A stretch of 64,000 bases of DNA from an uncultured Solirubrobacteraceae bacterium (GCA_964588985.1 CAZPQW010000004.1:120375-184374), one strand, 5' to 3'; shown: positions 37,844-47,728, counted from the first letter of the stretch. Numbers and translations: made by a program. The notes: generated from the letters alone by a model not told the origin.

Positions 37844-37919
37844 CTCAAGTAGGGAGATGGGGAATGGGCTTGCGACGCCGCACGGCGTCGTGGGTCTGAC
37901 GATGGAGAACGGAGACAAC

Positions 37920-38720
37920 ATGATTGGAAGGATTCCTGCGCGTGCGGCGAAGCTCGTCGTGGCGCTACTCGCGATGAGTGCCGCGTCGGCCGCCACGGCA
38001 AGCGCGTCGACGTCGATCTACGACAACATCCCGATGCCGCTGCCGGGGAACATGGTCTCGATGGCGTTCGAGGCGACCTCGACGTCGGAGTTCGGCGCAC
38101 AGGTCGAATTCGCGGGCACGGTCCGCAAGAACCCGACGGTCACGGTCACGATGAGCAGCTGGGCGTGTCAGAACCTGAAAGGCGGCGCGGCGTGCCTCAC
38201 GGCATCAGGCGCGACGTTCGAATGGCCAATCACGCTGAACGTGTATGCGGTCGGCGCGGGCAATGCGCCCGGTGCGCTGCTGGCGACGCAGACGACGACG
38301 TTCAAGATCCCGTATCGCCCGTCCGCCAACACGAAGAAGTGCTCGCTGACGGCCGAAGGCGTGATCGGCTGGGGCAAGGAATGCTATTCCGGCAAGACGC
38401 ACAACATCACGTTCCACCTGTCCGGCGTTACGTTGCCGGCGAAGGCGATCCTGGCGATCGCCTACAACACGAGCGACTACGGCTACGCGCCGACGCACGG
38501 GCCGGACATCGGGCAGGACTCGATGAACGTGGCCGTGCGCGAACCGGCCGAAGGCGGCCCGTCGGTCGGAAGCGACCCGCTGCCCTCCGGCGCCTACCTG
38601 AACTCGCTGTGGTCCGGCGCGTACTGCGAAGGCGCGCTCGGGACGGGCACGTTCCGGCTCGACGAAGGCTGCTGGACCGGCTACCAGCCGGCGATCGCGG
38701 TCAAGGCCGTCAAAGGCTGA
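37920..38720 (+). CDS. Secreted hypothetical protein with several Cys
   Basis: GGAG RBS; signal peptide KLVVALLAMSAASAATASA; VTVTMSSWAC. Confidence 0.82.
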   Translation: MIGRIPARAAKLVVALLAMSAASAATASASTSIYDNIPMPLPGNMVSMAFEATSTSEFGAQVEFAGTVRKNPTVTVTMSSWACQNLKGGAACLTASGATFEWPITLNVYAVGAGNAPGALLATQTTTFKIPYRPSANTKKCSLTAEGVIGWGKECYSGKTHNITFHLSGVTLPAKAILAIAYNTSDYGYAPTHGPDIGQDSMNVAVREPAEGGPSVGSDPLPSGAYLNSLWSGAYCEGALGTGTFRLDEGCWTGYQPAIAVKAVKG

Positions 38721-38748
38721 GCCGAGGTCTGAGAGGAGAGCGCCGGAT

Positions 38749-38774
38749 GAGGGCCTCGCTTCGGCGGGGCCCTC
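38749..38774 (+). terminator. GC-rich hairpin with C(UUCG)G tetraloop
   Basis: GAGGGCCTCGC-TTCG-GCGGGGCCCTC, 29 nt after the stop codon. Confidence 0.65.
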
Positions 38775-38866
38775 GCCGTCTCCGCGGCGTACCCGCCGTG
38801 CGCTAAGTTCCCACGCTGGCAGGACGCGCCCAGGCCGGGAGCTGGTCTCCCGTGGATCGGAGGCAG

Positions 38867-39481
38867 ATGTCAGCGGACGAGGACTGGCGGCTCATCGCCC
38901 AATGCGATGAGGATTTGACAGGCGGAGCGCTCGATGCGCTACGCGGCAAGGTCCGTGGCAGTGGCGTGCTCGGCGACGTGGAGGCCGCGGTCGCGCACGA
39001 CGTGGTGATCACGCACGACGGTCGCAGGCTGTTCGCCTACGCCGCCAGCGAGGAGGCCCTGTCTGCAGCGCGCGGTGCGATGGAGAACGTGCTGCTTCAG
39101 GACCAACGCACAGCGGAGATCGTCGTCAGCCACTGGGACACGCAGCTGGACGCGTGGCGGCAGATCGATCCTCCGCTCGTTGGCGAGGCCGCCGCAAGCG
39201 AGCAGGCTGCCGAGCGCGACGCCGAGACTCCCGAAACGAGCACGGTCGTGGCAAGCGCAGGCAGGGAGGTGCGCGCATCCTTCGAGAGCTCGCTCCAGAC
39301 GTGGGCGCAGCAGCTTGGCATCACCTGCACGATCGTCGAGCATCCGCACCTGCTGACGACTCAGGTCGCGTTCACCGTCACCGGTCCGCGCCGCAAGATC
39401 GAAGAGTTCCGGGAGGGGCTGCGGGCAGAGGCGGTGGCCACCATGCGCGCCGAGCGTCAGGTGATGATCAGTCCGCTGTAG
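38867..39481 (+). CDS. Hypothetical protein
   Basis: GGAGG RBS; protein-like alpha/beta composition. Confidence 0.75.
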   Translation: MSADEDWRLIAQCDEDLTGGALDALRGKVRGSGVLGDVEAAVAHDVVITHDGRRLFAYAASEEALSAARGAMENVLLQDQRTAEIVVSHWDTQLDAWRQIDPPLVGEAAASEQAAERDAETPETSTVVASAGREVRASFESSLQTWAQQLGITCTIVEHPHLLTTQVAFTVTGPRRKIEEFREGLRAEAVATMRAERQVMISPL

Positions 39482-39514
39482 CGGCCGATCGGCAGACGAG
39501 CCTGTGCTGTGTTG

Positions 39515-39817
39515 CTACCAGGCCTGGTCGGTGCCGCAGTGCGGGCAGACGACGCTGGTCGATACGTCCGCGCTGAACAGGTAGCCGCACGCGCAGCTGT
39601 AGGAGGCGTGATCCTCGGGCCCGCCGGCCTCCTGGACTCGCTGGACATCCGGGTCGGGTACGTGCGCGTCAGGCGTTGAAGTCGGCTCGGAGCCGGGTAC
39701 GGCGAGTGGCTCGACCACGGTCGCGGCAGGCGCCGCGCTCGGCGCGCCCCTCCTGCGACGGTGCCGGCGTGTATGGCGACCCTCGCCCAGAGGGTGCAGA
39801 AGTCTCGGTTTCATCAT
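39515..39817 (-). CDS. Small protein with C-terminal zinc ribbon (CxC...CxxC)
   Basis: YSCACGYLF...VVCPHCG. Confidence 0.72.
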   Translation of the reverse strand: MMKPRLLHPLGEGRHTRRHRRRRGAPSAAPAATVVEPLAVPGSEPTSTPDAHVPDPDVQRVQEAGGPEDHASYSCACGYLFSADVSTSVVCPHCGTDQAW

Positions 39818-39964
39818 CGCTACCCCCTAAGACGTCATTTACGCGGGAAGGTTTCGCCCTGCACGAGCTTTTTCCTCGTCCCCCGTCCACATCCGGGCGC
39901 TGGAGGAGGCCCGAGCCGGGCGAGCCGGAACGGCTGTGGGCGGGGTTTGAGATACTTGCTGGCG

Positions 39965-40390
39965 ATGAATCCCGCGCGCAAGCGAACGGTGCGCCTGGTG
40001 GTGGCGTTGAGCGCAGCAGTGTTTCTGGCCAGTGCGCTGATCTACACGAGCTTCAGTGCTGCCAGCCCGGCCCTCACGCCCACACAGCTCGCTCACGAGG
40101 CTCAGCCCGGCCGCAGCTACCAGGTCACCGGCACGGTTGCCGGTGGATCGGTGCACCGCGTTGGCGCCGTGCTCGACTTCACCGTGGAGGATCGCAGCGG
40201 CGGTCAGGGCGCGACGAAGATCCCGCTCGCCTACACCGGCACCGTGCCCGACCCGTTCCGCGAAGGCCGCGAGGTGATCGTGACGGTGCAGAAGCAGGGT
40301 GGACGCTACGTGGGCGAACCCAACTCGCTGATCACGAAGTGCCCGTCGAAGTACAAGACCGCTCCCGCCGGCGAGAACCAGAACGCTTAG
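39965..40390 (+). CDS. ccmE: Cytochrome c maturation heme chaperone, CxxxY type
   Basis: N-terminal TM, YTGTVPDPFREG, LITKCPSKY. Confidence 0.9.
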   Translation: MNPARKRTVRLVVALSAAVFLASALIYTSFSAASPALTPTQLAHEAQPGRSYQVTGTVAGGSVHRVGAVLDFTVEDRSGGQGATKIPLAYTGTVPDPFREGREVIVTVQKQGGRYVGEPNSLITKCPSKYKTAPAGENQNA

Positions 40391-40402
40391 ATGGTTGTCT
40401 AA

Positions 40403-42562
40403 GTGGCCGGCCTCGGATTCGTCTGTCTGCTGCTGGCGCTCGCGGTGTGCGTCTACGGCATCGGCGCGTCGCTGTACGGCGTGCGCAGCGGCCGCGTGGA
40501 GTTCTCGGCGTCCGGGCGGCGCGCGGTGTATGCGCTCGCGGGCGTCCTGACGGTCGCCTTCGCGGTGCTCGAGGTGGCTTTCCTGCGCAACGACTTCACG
40601 TTCAACGCCGTCGCCGACACCTCCAGCCGCACCACGCCGGCCGCCTACCGCGCCGCCGCGGTGTGGTCCTCGCAGGAAGGCTCCTTGCTCCTGTGGGCGT
40701 GGCTGTTGTCGCTGTGGTCGAGCCTCGCGCTGTTCCTCACGCGCAAGCGCTTGCGCGACGTTGCCAGCTACGCGACCGCGATCCTGCTTGGCTTCGGCGG
40801 CTTCTTCATCTCGCTGATGATCTTCTACGCGGACCCGTTCGCGAGCACCCATCCGGCGCCGAGCGAAGGCGTGGGCCTCGATCCGCTGCTGCGCTTCCCG
40901 ACGATGATGATCCACCCGCCGATGCTGTACTCCGGCTACACGCTGTGCACGATCCCGCTGGCGTTCGGGATGGGGGCGTTGCTGGCGCGCAGGGTGGACG
41001 CGGACTGGATCAAAGTCATCAGACGCTTCGCGTTCGCCGCGTGGCTGTTCCTCGGCATGGGCATCCTGCTGGGCGCGCGCTGGTCCTACGCCGAGCTCGG
41101 CTGGGGCGGCTACTGGGGCTGGGACCCGGTCGAGAACGCGTCGCTGCTGCCGTGGCTGACCGGCACCGCGTTCCTGCACTCGCTGATGATCCAGGAGAAA
41201 CGCGGGATGCTGAAGGTGTGGAACGTATCGCTCGTGCTCGCCACGGGCACGCTCGCGATCATGGGCACGTTCCTCGTCAGAAGCGGCGTGCTGAACTCGA
41301 TCCACGCCTTCGGCGGCGCGACGCTGGGCGTGCCGTTCGTGACTCTGATCGGCGTGCTCCTGGCCGGCTCGATCTACCTCGTGGTCTCGCGCCGGGACAT
41401 GCTGCGCTCCGAGCACCGCCTCGACTCGCTGCTCTCACGCGAGTCGATCTTCCTCGCGAACAACCTCGTGCTGGTGGCGCTGTGCTTCGTGATCTTCTGG
41501 GGCACGTACTTCCCGCTGATCTCAGAGGCGCTCACCGGACAGGAAGCGTCGGTGGGGCCACCGTGGTTCGACCGCTACACGGTGCCGCTCGCGCTGGTCC
41601 TGGTGCTGCTCAGCGGCATCGGCCCGGTGATCTCGTGGCGCAGGGCGACGTTGGCCAACGTGAGGCGCAACTTCCTCGTGCCCGTGCTCACGGCGCTGGT
41701 GACCCTCGTGGCGCTGCTGGCCGCCGGAATCGGGGACAAGCCGCTGGCGATCGCGATGTTCTGCTGCGCGGCGTTCGTGTTCGGCTCGATCGGGCAGGAG
41801 TTCTTCCGCGGCTCACGCGCACGGCGCGCGATGGCGGGCGAGCCAGCGCCGCTGGCGCTGGTTGCGCTCGTGCGCCGCAACCGCAGGCGCTACGGCGGCT
41901 ACGTCGTGCACCTTGGGATCGCGGTGCTGTTCGTCGGTGTGGCGGCATCCTCGTCCTTCCAGCACGCGTCCGAGCTTGGCCTCTCGCCGGGCCAGTCGAC
42001 CCGCGTGGGCGCCTACAAGGTGACCTACGTGCGTCCGACCGCCACGATCACGCCCAAGTACGACGAGGCGCACACCGGCTCCACGCTCAGCCTCGGGGCG
42101 TTGCTCGACGTGACGGAAGCCCGCCCGCCCGGGCGTCACGTCGCGACGCTCAACCCGAGCGAGGGCTTCTACGCCTCCCAGGAAGCGAGCCAGGGCTCCG
42201 TGGGCAGCCTGATCGGCGGCCAGCCGGTGAGCCACATCGCGATGGACGCGGGCGTCACGCGGGACGTGTGGAGTGCGATCGAGCCCAACATCGAAGCTCC
42301 AGCGCTGGCGCGGATCGTGAAGGCGGGCAATCGCACGCTGCCGCCCGAAGACGCGCTGGTGGCGATCGGCTACCTCGCTCGCGAATATCTCAAGCACCCG
42401 CCGCAGGCGCAGTTCCACTTCATCGTCTCGCCGCTGGTGATGTGGATCTGGATCGGCGGGGGAATCGTTTTCGGCGGCGCCCTGATCGCGATCTGGCCTG
42501 CGCCGAGCGTCGTGCGCCGGCGCGTCGCGATGCGTGTGCGCGCCCGCACCGTCCGCGCCTGA
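40403..42562 (+). CDS. ccmF: Heme lyase CcmF/NrfE family
   Basis: QEGSLLLW, IHPPMLY, WGGYWGWDPVEN (WWD motif), SIHAF. Confidence 0.95.
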   Translation: MAGLGFVCLLLALAVCVYGIGASLYGVRSGRVEFSASGRRAVYALAGVLTVAFAVLEVAFLRNDFTFNAVADTSSRTTPAAYRAAAVWSSQEGSLLLWAWLLSLWSSLALFLTRKRLRDVASYATAILLGFGGFFISLMIFYADPFASTHPAPSEGVGLDPLLRFPTMMIHPPMLYSGYTLCTIPLAFGMGALLARRVDADWIKVIRRFAFAAWLFLGMGILLGARWSYAELGWGGYWGWDPVENASLLPWLTGTAFLHSLMIQEKRGMLKVWNVSLVLATGTLAIMGTFLVRSGVLNSIHAFGGATLGVPFVTLIGVLLAGSIYLVVSRRDMLRSEHRLDSLLSRESIFLANNLVLVALCFVIFWGTYFPLISEALTGQEASVGPPWFDRYTVPLALVLVLLSGIGPVISWRRATLANVRRNFLVPVLTALVTLVALLAAGIGDKPLAIAMFCCAAFVFGSIGQEFFRGSRARRAMAGEPAPLALVALVRRNRRRYGGYVVHLGIAVLFVGVAASSSFQHASELGLSPGQSTRVGAYKVTYVRPTATITPKYDEAHTGSTLSLGALLDVTEARPPGRHVATLNPSEGFYASQEASQGSVGSLIGGQPVSHIAMDAGVTRDVWSAIEPNIEAPALARIVKAGNRTLPPEDALVAIGYLAREYLKHPPQAQFHFIVSPLVMWIWIGGGIVFGGALIAIWPAPSVVRRRVAMRVRARTVRA

Positions 42563-42590
42563 GGCGCGTGGACTCGGTCATCTCAGCCGC

Positions 42591-42926
42591 ATGAGCGTTC
42601 CGGTCGCAATCCTCGCCGTGGTGCTGTTTGCGCTCGTGGTGCTCGTCGTCTCCGCGCCGCTGCGCAGCGGGAGGGGCGAGCACGCGCCCGACCCAGCCAC
42701 GAGCGACTCGTCGCGGCAGCAGGCCTCGCGGCAGGTCATCGACCTGAACGAGCTGCACTCCGAGCGCGACGCGAAGTACCGCGAGATCCGAGACGCGGAG
42801 CTGGATTTCAGGACCGGAAAGCTCTCCGCGGAGGACTACGAGACGATCGACGCGCAGCTGCGCGCGGAGGCGCTCGAGATCCTCGACCGCCTGGAGGCGG
42901 CGGAGGCTTCTACGAGAAGCTCTTGA
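42591..42926 (+). CDS. Ccm-associated small membrane protein (CcmI N-terminus-like)
   Basis: N-terminal TM, then KYREIRDAELDFRTGKLSAEDY. Confidence 0.75.
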   Translation: MSVPVAILAVVLFALVVLVVSAPLRSGRGEHAPDPATSDSSRQQASRQVIDLNELHSERDAKYREIRDAELDFRTGKLSAEDYETIDAQLRAEALEILDRLEAAEASTRSS

Positions 42927-43140
42927 GCAGCAGGATCGCGTTCAGGAAGAACAGCACCGCGAAGGCGACCGTCCAGCGGTTGAGGTTGCGCTCGACCATT
43001 GAGCCGCCACCCAGCGGACCGGCTCCGCTGCCCACGCCGAACGCGCCGGAGAGCCCCGAGTCTTTGCCCGAGTGCATCAGCACCAGGAAGATCAGGATCA
43101 CCGCGATCGCCACCTGCACGATTGAGAGGATCGTTTCCAC
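42910..43140 (-). CDS. secG: Preprotein translocase subunit SecG
   Basis: Two TMs flanking LMHSGKDSGLSGAFG...VERNLNRWT. Confidence 0.92.
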   Translation of the reverse strand: METILSIVQVAIAVILIFLVLMHSGKDSGLSGAFGVGSGAGPLGGGSMVERNLNRWTVAFAVLFFLNAILLLKSFS

Positions 43141-43149
43141 AGGAGCAGA

Positions 43150-43917
43150 TTATCGCTTCGGGCACGGAACGTCGCGCTTGGCCATCACCGTCGAGCCGTC
43201 GAAGAAGCTGAACTGCGAGGCGACCGGCCAGCCTCCGCGTGGGCAGCTGTGGGGGAGGATGATGCCCTTGATGGGGAGCTGCTCGCGCTTGCCGTGCACG
43301 ATCTTGGAGTAGGTCTGGCCTTTGGCTCCAAGGTTCAGGAACGCGCTCGAGGCGGATGCGTAGGAGGCTTCGGGGAGGGGTTGGATGAGCGGCACGTCGA
43401 GGCTGAAGCCGAGTCCGTAGGGCTTGGGTCCGCGGATCACGGTGGCGTCGAAGTAGATTTCGATCGCGGCCGGCGTGTGTCCGACGAGGTAGATAACCAT
43501 TTTCGTGTGGCCCGGGCGGTTGTCGGTGAGGAAGAGTTCGAAGGTGTATTTCTCTTCGATGATTTCTTTGGCGAGTTCGTAGACGCCCATGCCGCCGCCG
43601 GTCCCCGCTCTGGAGTTCTTGGGGCACGTGCCGGTCCGTTCGAGGAATTCCTGGTTGCACGTGGTGCTGCCTTGAAGGTCGAGGGTCAGCCCGGACGGTC
43701 CGTACACGTCGATGTGCGTGATCGGCGAGGGCATCGGGCCGTCCGTCGAGCCGAGCGTGGCGCTGCCGAACACGTCCGTCGCGGCTCCGAGCCTGTCGGG
43801 CGAGAAGCTCACCTGCCCGATGGTCACGGTGTCCTGCGCGTACGCTGCTCCCGTCGCTGTGGCGAGCAGCACGCTGCCCCAGGCCAGCACTGTCAGGATC
43901 CGACCCCATGCACGCAT
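43150..43917 (-). CDS. Secreted beta-rich hypothetical protein (paralog of 16524-17294)
   Basis: Signal peptide ...ATGAAYA; C-terminus GIILPHSCPRGGWPVASQFSFFDG...PCPKR; GGAG RBS. Confidence 0.82.
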   Translation of the reverse strand: MRAWGRILTVLAWGSVLLATATGAAYAQDTVTIGQVSFSPDRLGAATDVFGSATLGSTDGPMPSPITHIDVYGPSGLTLDLQGSTTCNQEFLERTGTCPKNSRAGTGGGMGVYELAKEIIEEKYTFELFLTDNRPGHTKMVIYLVGHTPAAIEIYFDATVIRGPKPYGLGFSLDVPLIQPLPEASYASASSAFLNLGAKGQTYSKIVHGKREQLPIKGIILPHSCPRGGWPVASQFSFFDGSTVMAKRDVPCPKR

Positions 43918-44190
43918 CGTCTCATCTCCCCTTTGTCGCGGGCCACGGAAGCCGTGGCGCCTCGATCCTCCACCCTAGAGTCCAGCATTCTGAACAAAAC
44001 AGCGCTGCTGGGCAACCGTTGGACGGCGAGACATGTGCTCGGGAGGACTACTCAAGCCCTCCGCGAACGGGTATCTGTGGGCGATTCGTCCAATTACGGG
44101 CTTTCCGCCGTGTTCGGGGCTACGGTCCGGGCGCGATGGAGCCGATGGATACGGCGCGATACATGTTTTTCAGTTCGATTACGAATCCTT

Positions 44191-44217
44191 TACGGATTCC
44201 TGCTTGCCTGCCGATAT
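44191..44217 (+). promoter_or_regulatory. Putative sigma28-type promoter TACG-N15-GCCGATAT, overlapping palindrome GAATCC-TTTAC-GGATTC (44183-44199)
   Basis: Near-consensus GCCGATAT -10 upstream of the lytic transglycosylase. Confidence 0.4.
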
Positions 44218-44312
44218 GAATCCTGGTTGGCGTATCCCGCACTTGTGGGCGAGCCGCGTTGACCACGACCACTGGACCACTGGGATACCCCCGAGATGAT
44301 CGATCCGAGCAT

Positions 44313-46883
44313 ATGCCGCCCCTGATCAGCGCCCGTAGGCGCGCGCTGCGCACGCTTCTATCGGCCGTCGCCGGCGGCGGCCTGACCGCGGCCGGCCTGG
44401 GCGGGCCGTTGGCCAATACGGCGCTCGGCGCGGGCACGCCCGTCTCGACGGACACGACCACCACGCCGACGCCGACCGAAACAACCCCGGCCGAACAGCC
44501 GGCCGCGCCAGCCGAACAGCCGACGACGAGCACGGCGACTACGCCCCCGACCGCGACCACTCCCGCGAGCTCGACGGTCCCGCAGGCGACCACGCCCGCG
44601 CCACCGCCGGCGGAAGCACCGAAAGTGGTGCTGCAGCGCAAGCAGAAGGCCACGCCGAGCCCCGCTGTGAGCCCGAGCGCGACGAACACGGCCGAAACGA
44701 CGAAGGCCGCGGCAAAGAAGAAGAAGAAGGCGAAGGGCCCCAACAACGTGGCCGCCTCGCCGCAGTCGGTCGCCCAGGCGGGGGCTCTCGCGGCGATCCT
44801 AGCGTCCTCACAGGCAAACGCCCAGGCGCTCGCCTTCTACCGCATTCCGCTGTTCCTGCTGCCGATCTACAAGGCCGCGGCGGTGCAGTACGGAGTGCCG
44901 TGGCAGATCCTCGCGGCGGTCAACGAAATCGAGACCAACTACGGCACCGATCAGTCGGTGTCCTCGGCCGGAGCGGTGGGATGGATGCAGTTCATGCCCG
45001 CGACCTGGCTGCAGTACGGCGTGGACGCGCTGGACGCCGGCTACGCGGACCCTTACAACCCGGTGGACGCGATCTTCGCTGCGGCTCGCTACCTGCGGGC
45101 TGCGGGCGCGCAGACGAACCTGCGCGGGGCGATCCTCGCCTATAACCACTCCGAAGAATATGCCGACTCGGTTCTGCTGCGGGCGAAGCTGATCTCCACC
45201 TACCCGAAGGCGGTGATCGCGACGCTCACCGGCCTTGTCGACGGGCGCCTGCCGGTGACGGGCAAGCAGATCGCGTGGAGCGCGCTCCCGGTCGCCCCGC
45301 CCTCGCCCTCGCCCTCCACCGCCACCGCGAATGCCACGGCGCTCGGCAGTGCGGCGGCCGGCTCGACAGGCGAAGCGCAGGCGGCGACGGGATCGAGCGA
45401 AACCTCCGCCTCAGCCACACCCGGCTCGACGGCTGCTCCGGCGCCGAACGCCGTGGCGGCAGCCGCGACAGCGCCGAGCTCGGCGGCGAGCGGGCAGACG
45501 CTGGGATTGGTCGACGTCCGCAGTGGCGCGAACGCCTCGGTCGTGGCGGTGCACGACGGCCGCATCGTCAAGCTCGGCGACTCCCGCGTGCTCGGCAAGT
45601 ACGTCGTTCTGCGCGACGTCTACGGCGACCTGTTCGTGTACGCCGGCCTGGGCAGCATCGCCCCGACGTACTCGCTGGCGAAGCCGTCCCACGCGCGCGC
45701 GAAGTCGCACGTGGTCGAAGTGGCGAGCACGCACGACCCGGCGCCCTCGCTGCCGGCAAGCGCGGGAAACCAATCCCCGCTCACCCTCACCGTCAAAGCG
45801 CCCGCGCCGAAGGGCCCCGCGAAGTCAGCCGTCGCGGGCAAGGTGTCGGTATCTGCGGCCGCTCAGGAAGAAGCTCCGAACGACGGCGGCAAGGTGCGCC
45901 TGTTCGCTCACCCGAGCAACCCGGACTCGCGTGCCGCGGCTGCGGTCACCGCGGCGATTCGCGCCCGCAACAGCGCCGCCGGTCAGCGCCTGCCGCTGAA
46001 GCGCGGTTCGGTGGTGGCGAGCGGCACGGTGCTGGGGAAGGTACGCGTGCCCAAGGGAGCGAAGGACGGCCACCTGCGCTTCTCGATCCGCCCGGCGGGC
46101 GATGCCTCCGCGATCGACCCGGGGCCGGTGCTCGCCAACTGGGCGCAGCTGCAGACCGCGCTGCACCCGCAGGGCGCGAAAGCGACCAATGCGCTGCTGG
46201 GCGCCACCGCGAGCGATGTGTTCCTGCTCTCCAAAGCGCAGCTCGAGCGCTCGGTGCTCGCCGACCCCGGGATCACGATCTACGCGTGCGGGCGCCACGA
46301 CATCGCGGCCGGCTCGGTCGACAAACGCGTGCTGGCGGTGCTCGCGTTCCTCTCGCGCAGCGGCCTGAAGCCGACCGTCAGCGCGCTGCGCTGCGGACAG
46401 TCGCGCTACACCTCCGCGGGCACGCCCTCAGCGCAATACGCGGGCGACGCGGTGGACATCTCCGCGATCAACGGCGTACCGATCGGTGGGCACCAGGGGG
46501 CCGGGACGATCACCGATCTCACCATCCGCACTCTGCTGACGCTCCCCGCGCAGTTCGTGCCGCACGAGGTGGCCAGCCTGATGCGCTACCCGGGCATGGC
46601 CAACACTCACGCCAACCCGCAGTACTGGAACCAGATCCACCTCGCCTTCAAGCCCGCCCCGAAGGTCGCCGCGGTCAAGGCAGCGGCGCCCACGACGGTC
46701 GCGCACTCGGCGCACTCAGGGCCGACCGCGCCGGTGCCCGTGGTCACCACGAGCGTGCTCAGTCCCACGCAGTGGAGCCAGCTGATGACCCGCGTGGGTG
46801 GGCTGCAGATGCCGGTCGTGGCGAGGAAGCCGAGCGACCAGGCGATTCCGGACCCGAAGACCAAGACGAAGATGGGGCACTAG
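44313..46883 (+). CDS. Secreted lytic transglycosylase (SLT) fused to degenerate M23-like and M15-like peptidase domains
   Basis: Twin-Arg-like signal, P/T linker, EIETNYG, GWMQF, AYNHS; downstream VVAVHDG...HLRF and GDAVDI...IHL. Confidence 0.85.
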   Translation: MPPLISARRRALRTLLSAVAGGGLTAAGLGGPLANTALGAGTPVSTDTTTTPTPTETTPAEQPAAPAEQPTTSTATTPPTATTPASSTVPQATTPAPPPAEAPKVVLQRKQKATPSPAVSPSATNTAETTKAAAKKKKKAKGPNNVAASPQSVAQAGALAAILASSQANAQALAFYRIPLFLLPIYKAAAVQYGVPWQILAAVNEIETNYGTDQSVSSAGAVGWMQFMPATWLQYGVDALDAGYADPYNPVDAIFAAARYLRAAGAQTNLRGAILAYNHSEEYADSVLLRAKLISTYPKAVIATLTGLVDGRLPVTGKQIAWSALPVAPPSPSPSTATANATALGSAAAGSTGEAQAATGSSETSASATPGSTAAPAPNAVAAAATAPSSAASGQTLGLVDVRSGANASVVAVHDGRIVKLGDSRVLGKYVVLRDVYGDLFVYAGLGSIAPTYSLAKPSHARAKSHVVEVASTHDPAPSLPASAGNQSPLTLTVKAPAPKGPAKSAVAGKVSVSAAAQEEAPNDGGKVRLFAHPSNPDSRAAAAVTAAIRARNSAAGQRLPLKRGSVVASGTVLGKVRVPKGAKDGHLRFSIRPAGDASAIDPGPVLANWAQLQTALHPQGAKATNALLGATASDVFLLSKAQLERSVLADPGITIYACGRHDIAAGSVDKRVLAVLAFLSRSGLKPTVSALRCGQSRYTSAGTPSAQYAGDAVDISAINGVPIGGHQGAGTITDLTIRTLLTLPAQFVPHEVASLMRYPGMANTHANPQYWNQIHLAFKPAPKVAAVKAAAPTTVAHSAHSGPTAPVPVVTTSVLSPTQWSQLMTRVGGLQMPVVARKPSDQAIPDPKTKTKMGH

Positions 46884-46929
46884 CCCGGGGCCAGCGATCA
46901 CTCCGTTTCGCGGCTATGCCGTCGATGCC

Positions 46930-46958
46930 TTGACAGCCCCGTACGACGTACGTACGAT
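46930..46958 (+). promoter_or_regulatory. Sigma70-type promoter TTGACA-N17-TACGAT with overlapping CGTACG-N5-CGTACG operator; leaderless transcript
   Basis: ATG 46965 is 6 nt after the -10; GTAC repeats are typical RHH operator half-sites. Confidence 0.75.
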
Positions 46959-46964
46959 GACTGT

Positions 46965-47216
46965 ATGCGTACACAGCGCCTTGAGCTACGACTCAGCGAC
47001 GACGAGCGCCAGATAGATAGCGCGGCGGCAACTGCTGTCGGTGAGACCTTGAGCGACTTCTTTCGACGTGCTGCGAGTGCTCGCGCGCAGGAAGTCCTCA
47101 CCGATCAGCAGCAGATCGCGCTCAGCGAGGATGAGGCAGCACGCTTTCTGGACGCGCTGGAGGACGTCGATCAGGACTCGGTAGCGCGCTTGCGAGACCT
47201 GCGCCAGCGAGCGTGA
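46965..47216 (+). CDS. DUF1778 RHH antitoxin (TacA/AtaR-like)
   Basis: RLELRLS...IDSAAA..GETLSDF...AQEVL...IALS...FLDAL. Confidence 0.88.
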   Translation: MRTQRLELRLSDDERQIDSAAATAVGETLSDFFRRAASARAQEVLTDQQQIALSEDEAARFLDALEDVDQDSVARLRDLRQRA

Positions 47217-47728
47217 GCGCCCAATTCGGGGGCACCGAGCGCTACGACCCAACCCGACACGACGCATCAGCGTTCTGTTGTGGCAACGAACTCCTCGACC
47301 GCTGGCTCATCCGGTATGCCGGACAGAACGAGCGGCGCGACGCGGCGCGCACATTCGTTGCCACAACCACCAACCAAGCCATCTATGGCTACTACACGCT
47401 GATTGCCGGCCAGCTCGAACACAACGAGGCCACAGCTCAGACCCGAAAGGGCTTGTCCAGGCACTTCCCAATCCCGGTAGCGATTCTCGCCCGACTGGCC
47501 ATCGCCTCCGATCAACAAAGCCGCGGGTTCGGTGCCGCCTTGCTCAACGATGCGCTCGTGCGCGTTTGCCGAGCCTCAGAGCAGGTCGCTGTTCGTGCCG
47601 TGGTCGTACACGCGGTCGATGAGAACGCGGCTGGGTTCTACGCGCGATTCGGCTTCAAGGCGCTCAGTGCGGGTCCTCGAACACTGATGGCTACGCTCGC
47701 TGAGCTGCGCGCTGCGGGCTACACGTAG
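47213..47728 (+). CDS. GNAT acetyltransferase toxin (TacT/AtaT-like)
   Basis: HDASAFCCGNELLDRWL, GYYTL, PVAILARLA, QSRGFG, VHAVDENAAGFYARFGF; GTGA overlap. Confidence 0.9.
   Translation: MSAQFGGTERYDPTRHDASAFCCGNELLDRWLIRYAGQNERRDAARTFVATTTNQAIYGYYTLIAGQLEHNEATAQTRKGLSRHFPIPVAILARLAIASDQQSRGFGAALLNDALVRVCRASEQVAVRAVVVHAVDENAAGFYARFGFKALSAGPRTLMATLAELRAAGYT

Noticed and set aside
42900-43150. tRNA genes often found near secG or tig
   Set aside because: No cloverleaf or TTCGA T-loop context and no intergenic room at either site
43920-44312. Long leader before the lytic transglycosylase examined for a ydaO/c-di-AMP riboswitch
   Set aside because: The conserved GCTGAA and CAGCTAAC elements were not found
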